Source: Candidatus Hodarchaeota archaeon (GTDB lineage Archaea; Asgardarchaeota; Lokiarchaeia; Sigyniarchaeales; SOKP01). Taken from it: a stretch of 64,000 nt of DNA. Positions 29,168 to 38,424 of this stretch are shown here, piece by piece (positions within the stretch are counted from its first letter, which is position 1; every line of letters starts with the position of its first letter). Where the stretch lies: assembly GCA_048886685.1 (NCBI GenBank), contig JBHLKM010000012.1:102702-166701 (forward strand). The letters are read 5' to 3'. The notes below the pieces were generated by a model. It did not search any database, had not been told where the DNA came from, and was given only the letters and a program-made list of their open reading frames with translations. Both the position numbers and the translations under genes were made by a program.

Positions 29168-30940
29168 CTATTTCTTGTACATCGGATCTGCTTCTTGTAA
29201 TGCTCGTCTCTGTACTTTTCCTATGAAATTTTTAGGGAGATCACCCATTATTGAAATTGAATATGGACATTTATATGGAGCCATATTGTTTTTTGCCCAT
29301 TCTTTTATAGATTGAGGTGATAAATCGCAATCTTCACGAATAGAAACCCATGCTTTAACAATTTCACCAAATTCCTCGTTAGGTAAACCTGCAACAGCAG
29401 CTTCAGTAATATCAGGATGTTTCATGAGAAGTTCCTCAACTTCTTTAGGGAAAACGGAATATCCTTTGCATTTTATGACCTGCTTTTTCCGATCCCTGAT
29501 TTCTATTGTACCATCTTCATTTATAAACCCAATATCTCCTGTTAAAAGCCAAATCTTATCATTATATTTTTTAAGTGTTTCTTTTGTTTCATCTGGTATA
29601 TCTAGATATCCAGACATTACTTGTGGACCAGTAATACATATCTCACCACTATTTTCTATCCCAAAATTCGTATCTTCTGGATTCCCGAGACATATAGGTC
29701 CCTCAGAAAAATCATCAACAGGCCATATTCCCCATTCTGTACCTGGAAAAGGCATCCCTATGCTTCCAATAGGACTTTCGCCAAACAAATTGCCTGCACT
29801 TACGGCTGGACTCGCTTCTGATAGTCCATATCCTTCAACTATTCTCCCACCTGTATTCTCAACAAATTTATCACGAACTGGTCTGTGTAGTGGACCTGCA
29901 CTAGAGATACATAAAATCAGTTTTCCCATGACTTTAGGATATCTTCTTCTAAGATTTTTGAGCTCTGATAATCTTTTAAACAACATTTCTGTCCCGGCAT
30001 ATATCAATCCTTCTTCACATGGTAACCGCTCAATAACCTCACATAATTCGCTTTGAGCAGGAGGTGTTGGAAAGAGCATTATCCATCCCCCTATTGCTAA
30101 GGTAGTATTCATAACTACAGTATGGGCAAAACTATGAAATAAAGGAAGTATTCCTATGTTCCCGATTCCTGGTTTTTCCCCTCCTAACCAGAGTTTACAT
30201 TGTTTTGCATTAGAGACTACATTAAAATGAGTCAAAACTGCTGCTTTGGGTAAACCGGTAGTACCTCCTGTCATAATATATGTAGCAGGATGAGTTCTAA
30301 CATCAATTTTTATATCATCGAATTTTGGTTCTGTCTTTAAAAGATCATTAAACTTTATAGCATTTGGAAAATCTACCTTACCAGAGGGAATCCTTTTTAC
30401 AAATTTTCCTATTGCTTTTTTTACCCCTTTAATGTTCGTAACATCAGCAAGATTAGTATATACAATGGTCTCTATTTTGGTATCAGCTATTATTGGTTTT
30501 ATAAATTGCCCATAAAGTGAATCTAATACAATTAGCATTTTAGGCTTTGTAATATCAAGTTGATGCAAAATTTCAATTGGTTGATAAGTAGGGTTAATCC
30601 CACTTGCGATTGCTCCTATTCTCGTAATAGCATAATATGCAATTATATATTGGACACAATTAGGTAGATGCAGTGCCACTATATCACCTTTTTTTATACC
30701 TAATTTATCTAATGATCTAGCCAAAGATTTAACATAATCTTGAAATTTTTTGTAGGTGATCCACGTATCTAAGAACCAAATAAAATTACTATCAGCATAT
30801 TTCTTTACTTGTTCATCTAAAAGTTCATTTATTGTCTTTTCTTCAAAAATAGCATTATAAGGAACGCCATCAGGCCACCATTTCTTAAACCAACGTTTAT
30901 CTTCATTCACATAGAATGGATCTGAAATATCTAACTCCAT
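29168..30940 (-). CDS. Long-chain fatty acid--CoA ligase (FadD-like)
   Basis: MTGGTTGLPKAA, EGYGLSEA, TGD, DRKK, GKVQRR. Confidence 0.92.
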   Translation of the reverse strand: MELDISDPFYVNEDKRWFKKWWPDGVPYNAIFEEKTINELLDEQVKKYADSNFIWFLDTWITYKKFQDYVKSLARSLDKLGIKKGDIVALHLPNCVQYIIAYYAITRIGAIASGINPTYQPIEILHQLDITKPKMLIVLDSLYGQFIKPIIADTKIETIVYTNLADVTNIKGVKKAIGKFVKRIPSGKVDFPNAIKFNDLLKTEPKFDDIKIDVRTHPATYIMTGGTTGLPKAAVLTHFNVVSNAKQCKLWLGGEKPGIGNIGILPLFHSFAHTVVMNTTLAIGGWIMLFPTPPAQSELCEVIERLPCEEGLIYAGTEMLFKRLSELKNLRRRYPKVMGKLILCISSAGPLHRPVRDKFVENTGGRIVEGYGLSEASPAVSAGNLFGESPIGSIGMPFPGTEWGIWPVDDFSEGPICLGNPEDTNFGIENSGEICITGPQVMSGYLDIPDETKETLKKYNDKIWLLTGDIGFINEDGTIEIRDRKKQVIKCKGYSVFPKEVEELLMKHPDITEAAVAGLPNEEFGEIVKAWVSIREDCDLSPQSIKEWAKNNMAPYKCPYSISIMGDLPKNFIGKVQRRALQEADPMYKK

Positions 30941-31072
30941 AAATTATTCACATATATCAATATATAATTTGTGTCTCTATGTGACTTAGGTTTCTCATAA
31001 TTTAAAATTTTTTAAGTGTAAAAAACAAAAATTAAAAAAAAAAGAATTTGATAAAAAAACTTTTATTAGATT

Positions 31073-33133
31073 TTAAAACCTACTATCCTTTCTTCTCTTT
31101 ACTAGAACTGTGGCTACGCCCACTAATCCAACACCAGCTATAAGTACAATCAGTGCCCAGAAGGTTTTGGACTCGAAAACCATATACACTGAGAAAGTTG
31201 GATCGTGCCAGATTCCAGTACCATCCTCAAACTTAGGATAGCACACAGCATAAGCTAATACAGTAAAATTAGCACTAACTCTGATATCAGAAGAAAAGGA
31301 TTCGACATTAGATTCGCTTGGTGGTGTGAAGGTGTCATGTCTTTCCATTTCACCTGTCCATAGGGCAAGAGGGATAATAGCGGTACTCGCATTAGCTCTC
31401 TGTGTAATTGTTTCATTACCATAATCATAATATGGTCCGGCAATGTCAACAAAATCCAGTGGTTCTGTACCTCCAAGATAATTTCCAATTCTCAGTTCAT
31501 GTGATTCTTCTACATAATCATCATCATTTGCATTGCCATCATAGTAATTGTCTAGTTGTGCCACAGGATCAGTTTGTTCACTATAAGTTGCTACATTTAA
31601 ATGAAAATGTAAAACAGTTGATACATAAATAATTGCCATATCTAAATCATCGATTACAGCGTTTGGATAAGGATTATTTGGATCATTCCAAGGAGCGAAA
31701 AATTGATCTAGTTTAATTTTTCCTAATAAATCAGCTCCTTTGACACTCTTTATTGGATCAAATGTAAACCCAAAATGCATATAGTCGAGATTTTCCTGTG
31801 GTGCTGCGAGATATGAGTCTAAATCAATTCCAACTGGAACTGCAGAGATATTAACATTCTCGAGATCCAATCCCCATGAAATAGTGCCTTCTGGATTTTT
31901 TTGTGGAAGCATGAAATTAAAGTTTTCTACAGAATTTAGAATTAATCGATGAGTGATTTCAGAACTCTGAGGATAAGAAATGTCTGTAGGTGTACCATCA
32001 ATATCTACAGTAGTGTCAACATAATTCACAGAAATTTTATCATCCATATTCAAATCATTATAGAGGAACGCCCCAGCTAGATGATGAGTAAATAGATAAA
32101 ACTCAATGTCGCACCCTCCAAAAGCTTTCGCGAAATCACCTCCTTCTCCACTTCCAAGATTAATGACTTCACTTAAATCAATATGAATTTGAAAGTTTTT
32201 AATCCATAATTCAATTAAGTCGAAGGTAAATTGCGTCCAGATAGCGGTAACTAAAGGTATATCTTCAGTTGGCCTTAATAGCCACTGCATATAACTATCT
32301 TTTCTAGCTATTGCTGTAGCATTCCAATTACCCATCTCTGTATCATATGTGCCAGCAAGAGGAGCATCACCCGAAGGTGCGATTATATCTTGTGTATTAG
32401 AATATTTCCATGTTTTTGTGATTGTGAAATCAGGATTTGGTGTAATTTCTAATTTTTGCCATGTAATAGGGTTTAAAATAAATAGTTCATCACCAGTGAA
32501 AATATCATTTATATGGATTAAAAACCAAGTAACTAATTCTATTCCCTCCCTAACCAGGCTTTCAGACATTTCTCCTCCACTCTCTTCTAGAGTTTTGAAG
32601 AAGTTAATTAGTTTCTTAGCTGCATTTATGAATGAATGATCATTGTCCCAAATGATAAGTGTTACACCAACTCCAATAGTTAATGCGTAATTATATGAAC
32701 CTGTTTTTAGAACTTCACAATATACTGGTCCTGTTCCAGGAATGCCAGTACGATCATAATCTTCTGGTAATATATGATATTCACTGACTCCAGAAACTCC
32801 ATAATTATTGCTTCCCGTAAGCGTAGTTTCGTTGAATGCGCTTAAAACATAGACTCCTGACAACATCTCTCGAGCCTCGAAATCATCATATGCTTGAACA
32901 AATAGCATATTAAAAACTTTTCCTAAAAGGGCTCCAGCGTAACCTAATCCCCCTAACATAGTTCCAAAGCCTCCTTGAAAGTTATTAATTAGATCGCGAC
33001 CAACTCCTTCTTGATTAAAGTCAATTTTATTATCCTCTTCTGCATTTACCATAATTGGCATTGCTGCTATCGATGCGATGAACATAGTAAGAATCATTAA
33101 AGATTTGGTATTTATACCTCTCATATTCAACAC
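31073..33133 (-). CDS. Secreted, C-terminally anchored surface protein
   Basis: Signal-peptide-like N-terminus (...IMVNA/EE), acidic ectodomain with N-x-S/T sequons, WHDP motif, C-terminal TM plus KRRK tail. Confidence 0.7.
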   Translation of the reverse strand: MLNMRGINTKSLMILTMFIASIAAMPIMVNAEEDNKIDFNQEGVGRDLINNFQGGFGTMLGGLGYAGALLGKVFNMLFVQAYDDFEAREMLSGVYVLSAFNETTLTGSNNYGVSGVSEYHILPEDYDRTGIPGTGPVYCEVLKTGSYNYALTIGVGVTLIIWDNDHSFINAAKKLINFFKTLEESGGEMSESLVREGIELVTWFLIHINDIFTGDELFILNPITWQKLEITPNPDFTITKTWKYSNTQDIIAPSGDAPLAGTYDTEMGNWNATAIARKDSYMQWLLRPTEDIPLVTAIWTQFTFDLIELWIKNFQIHIDLSEVINLGSGEGGDFAKAFGGCDIEFYLFTHHLAGAFLYNDLNMDDKISVNYVDTTVDIDGTPTDISYPQSSEITHRLILNSVENFNFMLPQKNPEGTISWGLDLENVNISAVPVGIDLDSYLAAPQENLDYMHFGFTFDPIKSVKGADLLGKIKLDQFFAPWNDPNNPYPNAVIDDLDMAIIYVSTVLHFHLNVATYSEQTDPVAQLDNYYDGNANDDDYVEESHELRIGNYLGGTEPLDFVDIAGPYYDYGNETITQRANASTAIIPLALWTGEMERHDTFTPPSESNVESFSSDIRVSANFTVLAYAVCYPKFEDGTGIWHDPTFSVYMVFESKTFWALIVLIAGVGLVGVATVLVKRRKDSRF

Positions 33134-33269
33134 AAATTTTTTTTAAAAAGTGGTTTGTTTTATTAAGATTATAAATAAATTTCAGCTTTTTAATAATTTA
33201 TGTTCTAATATAATAGAATCTTTAAGATTTGGAACTCTATTTCGTATATAATAAAAATAATCTGCCATA

Positions 33270-34274
33270 TCAGTCTAAGCGCAAGAAAGTATAAAAAAAT
33301 ACAAAAATATACAATACTGCTGAAATTATTAGACTAAAGACTCTTAATAGTTGAGATATTTCAGATGTAGTAAAAAGGACGTTAGAACCTATAAATACCG
33401 CAGCAATAAAATATCCAAAGAAATGACTTTTAAAACTTTTAATTTTAGTTTTTCCTTGGAGAAAATTAACAATTGAAATAAAAATTATAATTATAAAACC
33501 TGCTATGTAGAATAAATTGATTACTTCAAATTTTCCTAAATCTAAAAATAAAAAAAATCCAAATAAAACTACTTCGAGTATCCTAACGTTCCAGAAACTT
33601 TGCTTTTTTGATGGCTCTACAAACAATTGTTCATATTCAGATACTCCTGAGTTCATAAAAAGAATAATAAGAGATCCGATCGCCAATGCTGTGAATAATG
33701 AATATGAGACAATATAAAGAGAAGGAAGTATAGGAATCCAAATTATGTTCCATAAGAAATCTGCTAAGACTATATATTCAGGTAATACAATAATAGAGCA
33801 GAAAAGTGGAATAATAGCAGCAATAACCATCATTATCCATGTAGTAGTCGATATCTTTGTATCTTCTTCCCATCTCTTTTTCCTAAAAGTGGTCAATCTC
33901 CATGCAAAAGATGCAAAACTTAGTATAGATATTAAAGGTGTAATTAAGGGGAAAATAAATATAAAAAGAATGTATAGAGCATTAATTCCATAGAAAAATT
34001 TTAATCTTGAAGGAACTACACTTATAGTTCTATCGATATCATCTAGAGTGTCAGCAAAACGCGCTGCAAATAAAATTAAAAAAAATAACCATGATACACT
34101 AAACACTGTAGGGCAGAGTAATTTTATTAGTATTAATTTAAGTCCAGCATCATTTGAAAACCATAAATTAAAATCAGTAATATTAAAAATTAAAAAAATT
34201 GCAAGTGGTACAAGGATTATCGATATTAAGACTATCAATCGGCTTAATATCAGACCTTTAATCTCTTTTGGCAT
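33270..34274 (-). CDS. Multi-pass membrane protein
   Basis: About 9-10 hydrophobic segments. Confidence 0.6.
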   Translation of the reverse strand: MPKEIKGLILSRLIVLISIILVPLAIFLIFNITDFNLWFSNDAGLKLILIKLLCPTVFSVSWLFFLILFAARFADTLDDIDRTISVVPSRLKFFYGINALYILFIFIFPLITPLISILSFASFAWRLTTFRKKRWEEDTKISTTTWIMMVIAAIIPLFCSIIVLPEYIVLADFLWNIIWIPILPSLYIVSYSLFTALAIGSLIILFMNSGVSEYEQLFVEPSKKQSFWNVRILEVVLFGFFLFLDLGKFEVINLFYIAGFIIIIFISIVNFLQGKTKIKSFKSHFFGYFIAAVFIGSNVLFTTSEISQLLRVFSLIISAVLYIFVFFYTFLRLD

Positions 34275-34420
34275 TATTTCTCTTAGAACATCGAATTTTT
34301 TAATTAAAATTTCAAAGTTTAATAGTTATTCTTATTTTTTTAGAAATAAAATATTATCTTTGATTATTAACTTTTTAAAGGATTTCATTAATAAATAAAA
34401 CAATTTAATTAAAACATTAA

Positions 34421-35164
34421 TTATGACCTTTTTGCACCACAATTAGTGCAAAACAAATCATCTGACGTTATTGTAGCACCACAATTAGTACATGTTGTTT
34501 TTTCCATCATAACCGAACGTTCAATTGCGACATTTACATCTGACAATTCTTTAATTTCTTCTTTTCTTTTTGATTTAGCTTTCATTCCTGCCGGTTTATA
34601 TTTTAAACTCCCAATAAAACCCCCAAAAATTGCTCCTATTAAGCATCCTTCTAAGATAGCTGTAGACACTGCAACAAGATAAGGTAAATTTGTTAAACCT
34701 TCTAATAATCCATCTAATGCTGCAGATCCAAATGGAATAATCAACGATATGATCAAATAACCGATTGATAAAATAATAAGATATCCGATCCCTATGGCAA
34801 AACTAGAATGCATCCCTCCTCTGGGTGTATGAGCAAAGATGGCGCTAGTAATAACGCAGCATAAAATCCATGGAAATGTAACAGCAATAATTAACCCTAC
34901 ATCCTCTGGACGATAAAATATGCACCAATGAATAGGAAATAAGAAAATGAGACCTAGTCCAATAAATGCTCCAGCTAAAATCTCCACAAAAAGACCAAAA
35001 TCACCAAGCGCACCTGTTATGAGTGCTAAGGCTTCGTCAATATTCTCAATCAAACCACCCGTCAATCCTTCAGTCAGATTCAAGAATCTAAAAGAAATCC
35101 ACGCCATTGGGATTAGACATAACATACCCGCACAACCACTGCCTATCACTCTTTTCCATCCCAG
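34421..35164 (-). CDS. Membrane protein with C-terminal zinc ribbon
   Basis: Hydrophobic N-terminal part, CTNC...CTNC at the C-terminus; probable CTG start at 35164 (MGWKRV) preceded by GAGGGG; the ORF track starts at GTG 35149. Confidence 0.62.
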   Translation of the reverse strand: MGWKRVIGSGCAGMLCLIPMAWISFRFLNLTEGLTGGLIENIDEALALITGALGDFGLFVEILAGAFIGLGLIFLFPIHWCIFYRPEDVGLIIAVTFPWILCCVITSAIFAHTPRGGMHSSFAIGIGYLIILSIGYLIISLIIPFGSAALDGLLEGLTNLPYLVAVSTAILEGCLIGAIFGGFIGSLKYKPAGMKAKSKRKEEIKELSDVNVAIERSVMMEKTTCTNCGATITSDDLFCTNCGAKRS

Positions 35165-35445
35165 ACTGATCCCCTCATGTTTCCATATTTACATACAATT
35201 ATTTTATTTCTTATAAGAATTCCAAAAAGTTAATGAATATATATATTTTTGTGTTTAATTTGAATTTTAAAAATCAAAATAATTAAGACCTTTGAAACAA
35301 AAGGAGATGCAGTGGATCATATGAAATGTTAATTTTATTATGAGTAACGTATGTTTCAAGATAACATATTCAAATATAATTAAATATGTTAATGTAAACT
35401 GTCATTAAAAAAATTATAAAAAATAGTTAAAAAATTGAACTTGAT

Positions 35446-36156
35446 TTATTGAATTTTAATGATTCTCCCGTTATCCATCCGAATAGTTTTGGTTCCGTAC
35501 TGAGATAAATCTCTATGTGTAACAAAAATAATGGTTGTTTCCATTTCCTTATTGATTTTCTTTAAAAGCTCCATTACTTGTTTTTCTGATTCAGGGTCTA
35601 AATTTCCGGTGGCTTCATCTGCTAAGATGACCCTTGGTCTATGGATAATTGCTCGGGCAATACCACATCTTTGTTTTTCACCACCTGACATTTGGACAGG
35701 ATAGTGATCTTTACGGTCAAGTAAATCAACGTCTCTTAGGGCAGAAATTGCTCTATTTTCAATTTCTTTTTGGCGTAATACTGTTGGCCATAAAACTGCT
35801 TCTACATTTTCAATGGCGGTTAAGGTGTTCACTAGATTAAAATCTTGAAACACAAAGCCTATTTTTTGACGTCTTAATCTGCTTAATCTATCTTCTGTTG
35901 CTCTTGCGATATTTTCCCCGTCGAATATTATTCTTCCAGAATCAGGCAAATCTAAACCTGATAGAACATTGAGAAGTGTGGATTTTCCACACCCTGTTGG
36001 ACCTTGAATAACCGCGAATTCACCAGCTCTAATCTTTAAATTAACATCTGCTAAAGCTCGAATAATAGCACCTGCTCTTCTATATTCTTTATTAATATCG
36101 ACCGCTTCAATCATAATATCTTTATCTGCCGACATATCTTTTTTCTCCTCACTCAC
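35446..36156 (-). CDS. ABC ATPase, LolD/MacB/FtsE family
   Basis: GPTGCGKST, GFVFQDFNL, MSGGEKQR, ILADEATGNLD, VTH. Confidence 0.93.
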   Translation of the reverse strand: MSEEKKDMSADKDIMIEAVDINKEYRRAGAIIRALADVNLKIRAGEFAVIQGPTGCGKSTLLNVLSGLDLPDSGRIIFDGENIARATEDRLSRLRRQKIGFVFQDFNLVNTLTAIENVEAVLWPTVLRQKEIENRAISALRDVDLLDRKDHYPVQMSGGEKQRCGIARAIIHRPRVILADEATGNLDPESEKQVMELLKKINKEMETTIIFVTHRDLSQYGTKTIRMDNGRIIKIQ

Positions 36157-36694
36157 CTACTTTTTTTAATGCAATAATTGGTCTTACTTTCAATACTTTT
36201 CTATAGGCTAAAAAGAAAGCAATTAATTGAACTATAATAAATAAAGCACTAGTTATTATAACCGGAACTAATCCAATTAAGATTCTACTGATATCTTCAA
36301 AAAAACCCTCTGAATGTAAATATGCTAAGGCAGCAGTATAATGAAATAAAACTTCAATAACAATAAAGAAACCGACAATCGTCGTAAAAAAGATCATCCC
36401 TGAAACTAAGACTAATATATTCTTGTTAGTATACCCAATACATTTGAATGTTGCCCATACACGTCTTTTTCTTGACACTAAGATCCAAGCATAAAGCAAT
36501 GAAAGAAATAAGCTCGTTGCAAAAAAGATAGCTAGAAGATAGTTAGCTGCACCACCGATTTCTTCTTTGATTGCTAAATCCCAGAAAAGGCTAGTTAAAA
36601 ATATTAAAATCGTATATATTAACGTGAAAACTGTAAATATCTTTTTTTCGCGTAGAGATAATAAAATAGCTTTTCTCCACATTCTAAAAGCCAA
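36149..36694 (-). CDS. Minimal FtsX/MacB-type permease (membrane domain only)
   Basis: RKRRVWATFKCIGYT matches the R-x-x-E-I-G-x-L-K-A-I-G FtsX pattern; ends PIIALK; overlaps the ATPase start. Confidence 0.72.
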   Translation of the reverse strand: MAFRMWRKAILLSLREKKIFTVFTLIYTILIFLTSLFWDLAIKEEIGGAANYLLAIFFATSLFLSLLYAWILVSRKRRVWATFKCIGYTNKNILVLVSGMIFFTTIVGFFIVIEVLFHYTAALAYLHSEGFFEDISRILIGLVPVIITSALFIIVQLIAFFLAYRKVLKVRPIIALKKVGE

Positions 36695-36799
36695 TTGATT
36701 TCACCATTTTTTTTTTATTTGTTTTTAAAGTATATTTAAATTTATAATTGATTTTATTTATTTTATTTATAACAATTTAATAATAAATATTTGGTTATA

Positions 36800-37201
36800 A
36801 TGTCAGAAATTGAAGGTATTATAGATAGTTTATTAGACGAAGAACAAAATGTTTTTGGAGTGGCAATTATCGGTAAAGATGGAAAATTAATCACCCAAAC
36901 TGAAAACTGGGATCTTATAAGTGATATAAGTTTAATAAATGAGATACTTAACCAGAAATTAGAGCTAGGTGAGAAGGGAATTACTAGTTTGACGATACAA
37001 GGGATAAAATATATGATTGTTGAAAATACAGAAGAAAGAAAAATTGGTACAAATATAACGGGAAAAGGGCATATTATTATCTGCCCAATCCCTATAGGGG
37101 GTACAGGAGCGTTAGTTACTTATATTAATCCTCAAGCCGGTCCAAGAGATGCCCTCTTTAATGTTCAAGAATACGCGAAAAAACTTGAAAATTTGGTTTA
37201 A
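36800..37201 (+). CDS. Asgard profilin
   Basis: VFGVAIIGKDG...QTENW...SLTIQGIKYMIVENTEERKIGTNITGKGHII resembles Loki profilins; about 133 aa. Confidence 0.85.
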   Translation: MSEIEGIIDSLLDEEQNVFGVAIIGKDGKLITQTENWDLISDISLINEILNQKLELGEKGITSLTIQGIKYMIVENTEERKIGTNITGKGHIIICPIPIGGTGALVTYINPQAGPRDALFNVQEYAKKLENLV

Positions 37202-37218
37202 CTCAATTTACTTTTTTA

Positions 37219-38316
37219 TTATTGAAGTGAAATCCAATAATTTGCAAGCAATTTTCTCAAAGAACTTTTAATCTTGCTTATATCTTCATTTTTAACTTCA
37301 GTTGAAAGTTGGATCTTTTCAAAGATAGGAGTTTTATATTGTTCTCCTAAAAGTGCCTTTATAACAGCATAAACACACTGTGGAAGGCCAATAAGACTAT
37401 AACCACCTTCAAGGATGAAAGCCAATTTACCTTCACATATCCTTTCAGACAATTTCAATAATTTTTCAGTAAAATTATAGTATGAAATTGAGGTTAACAG
37501 CCCATTTCCAATAGGATCAGCAAAATACATATCAAAACCAGCAGCAACTATAATTAAATCAGGATTGAATTCATTTAATATAGGTTCTAATAAATCCATA
37601 AATTCTAGGAACTCTTTATCGGAAATATTCATTGGTATTGGAAAGTTAATGCTCTTACCGATACCCTCCCCCTCTCCCAATTCATCTATAAATCCAATAT
37701 CTCCTTCTACAAAATCAAATTCATGAACAGAAAAATATAGTACATTTGGATCTTCATAAAAATATTGAACTAAACCATCTCCAAAATGAGCATCAATATC
37801 AATAATTGCAATCTTTTTCTTGTAGTGTAGTTGTTTTTTTAAGTATAATATAGAATTTGCGATATTATTAAATATGCAGAGTCCTGATGCTTTTTCTTGT
37901 AATGCATGATGACCAGGAGGTCTCACAAGCGCAAAAGATTGATTAACATCAGAATTCAATACACTTTTTATTGCTTGTATTGTTCCTCCAACTGCCTTTC
38001 TTGCTAACTCAAAAGTATCCTCTGTAATGAATGTCTCATCGCCTAATAATCCATAACCCCTTTTTGAAAAATTTCTAACAGAATCTATATGGTACTTTGT
38101 ATGTGCTAAACCTAATACTGACTCAATTATGGGAATGAATCCAATTCTAATAATTCTCTCATTTAAAAAGACCTCCTTCATTTCCAGAAAATCTAAAACT
38201 GATCTAATTCGCAAAGGTGATTCATATGAAAGAAATATGGGATGTGGATATGGTGGTACATTTTTTATGGCAAAATCGTCATCAGTTATTATTCCAATTT
38301 TACTAGTTCTTGTCAT
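37219..38316 (-). CDS. Histone deacetylase / acetylpolyamine amidohydrolase family
   Basis: ESPLR, RPPGHHA, CIFNN, DIDAHFGDG, AGFD, LEGGY. Confidence 0.92.
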   Translation of the reverse strand: MTRTSKIGIITDDDFAIKNVPPYPHPIFLSYESPLRIRSVLDFLEMKEVFLNERIIRIGFIPIIESVLGLAHTKYHIDSVRNFSKRGYGLLGDETFITEDTFELARKAVGGTIQAIKSVLNSDVNQSFALVRPPGHHALQEKASGLCIFNNIANSILYLKKQLHYKKKIAIIDIDAHFGDGLVQYFYEDPNVLYFSVHEFDFVEGDIGFIDELGEGEGIGKSINFPIPMNISDKEFLEFMDLLEPILNEFNPDLIIVAAGFDMYFADPIGNGLLTSISYYNFTEKLLKLSERICEGKLAFILEGGYSLIGLPQCVYAVIKALLGEQYKTPIFEKIQLSTEVKNEDISKIKSSLRKLLANYWISLQ

Positions 38317-38424
38317 TTTAAAAATTAAAAATATTCTTTAATAGCTAAATTATTATAATTAAATTTACATACATTTATTTTAAATAAATTTCAATTTTCA
38401 AAATAAAATAGAATTGTTCAAATT

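Noticed and set aside
29424-30056. 210-aa ORF and the other antisense or nested ORFs in the track (e.g. 14817, 22703, 23476, 32349, 34048, 58676, 59947)
   Set aside because: They are shadows of well-supported genes on the opposite strand or in another frame and have no motifs.
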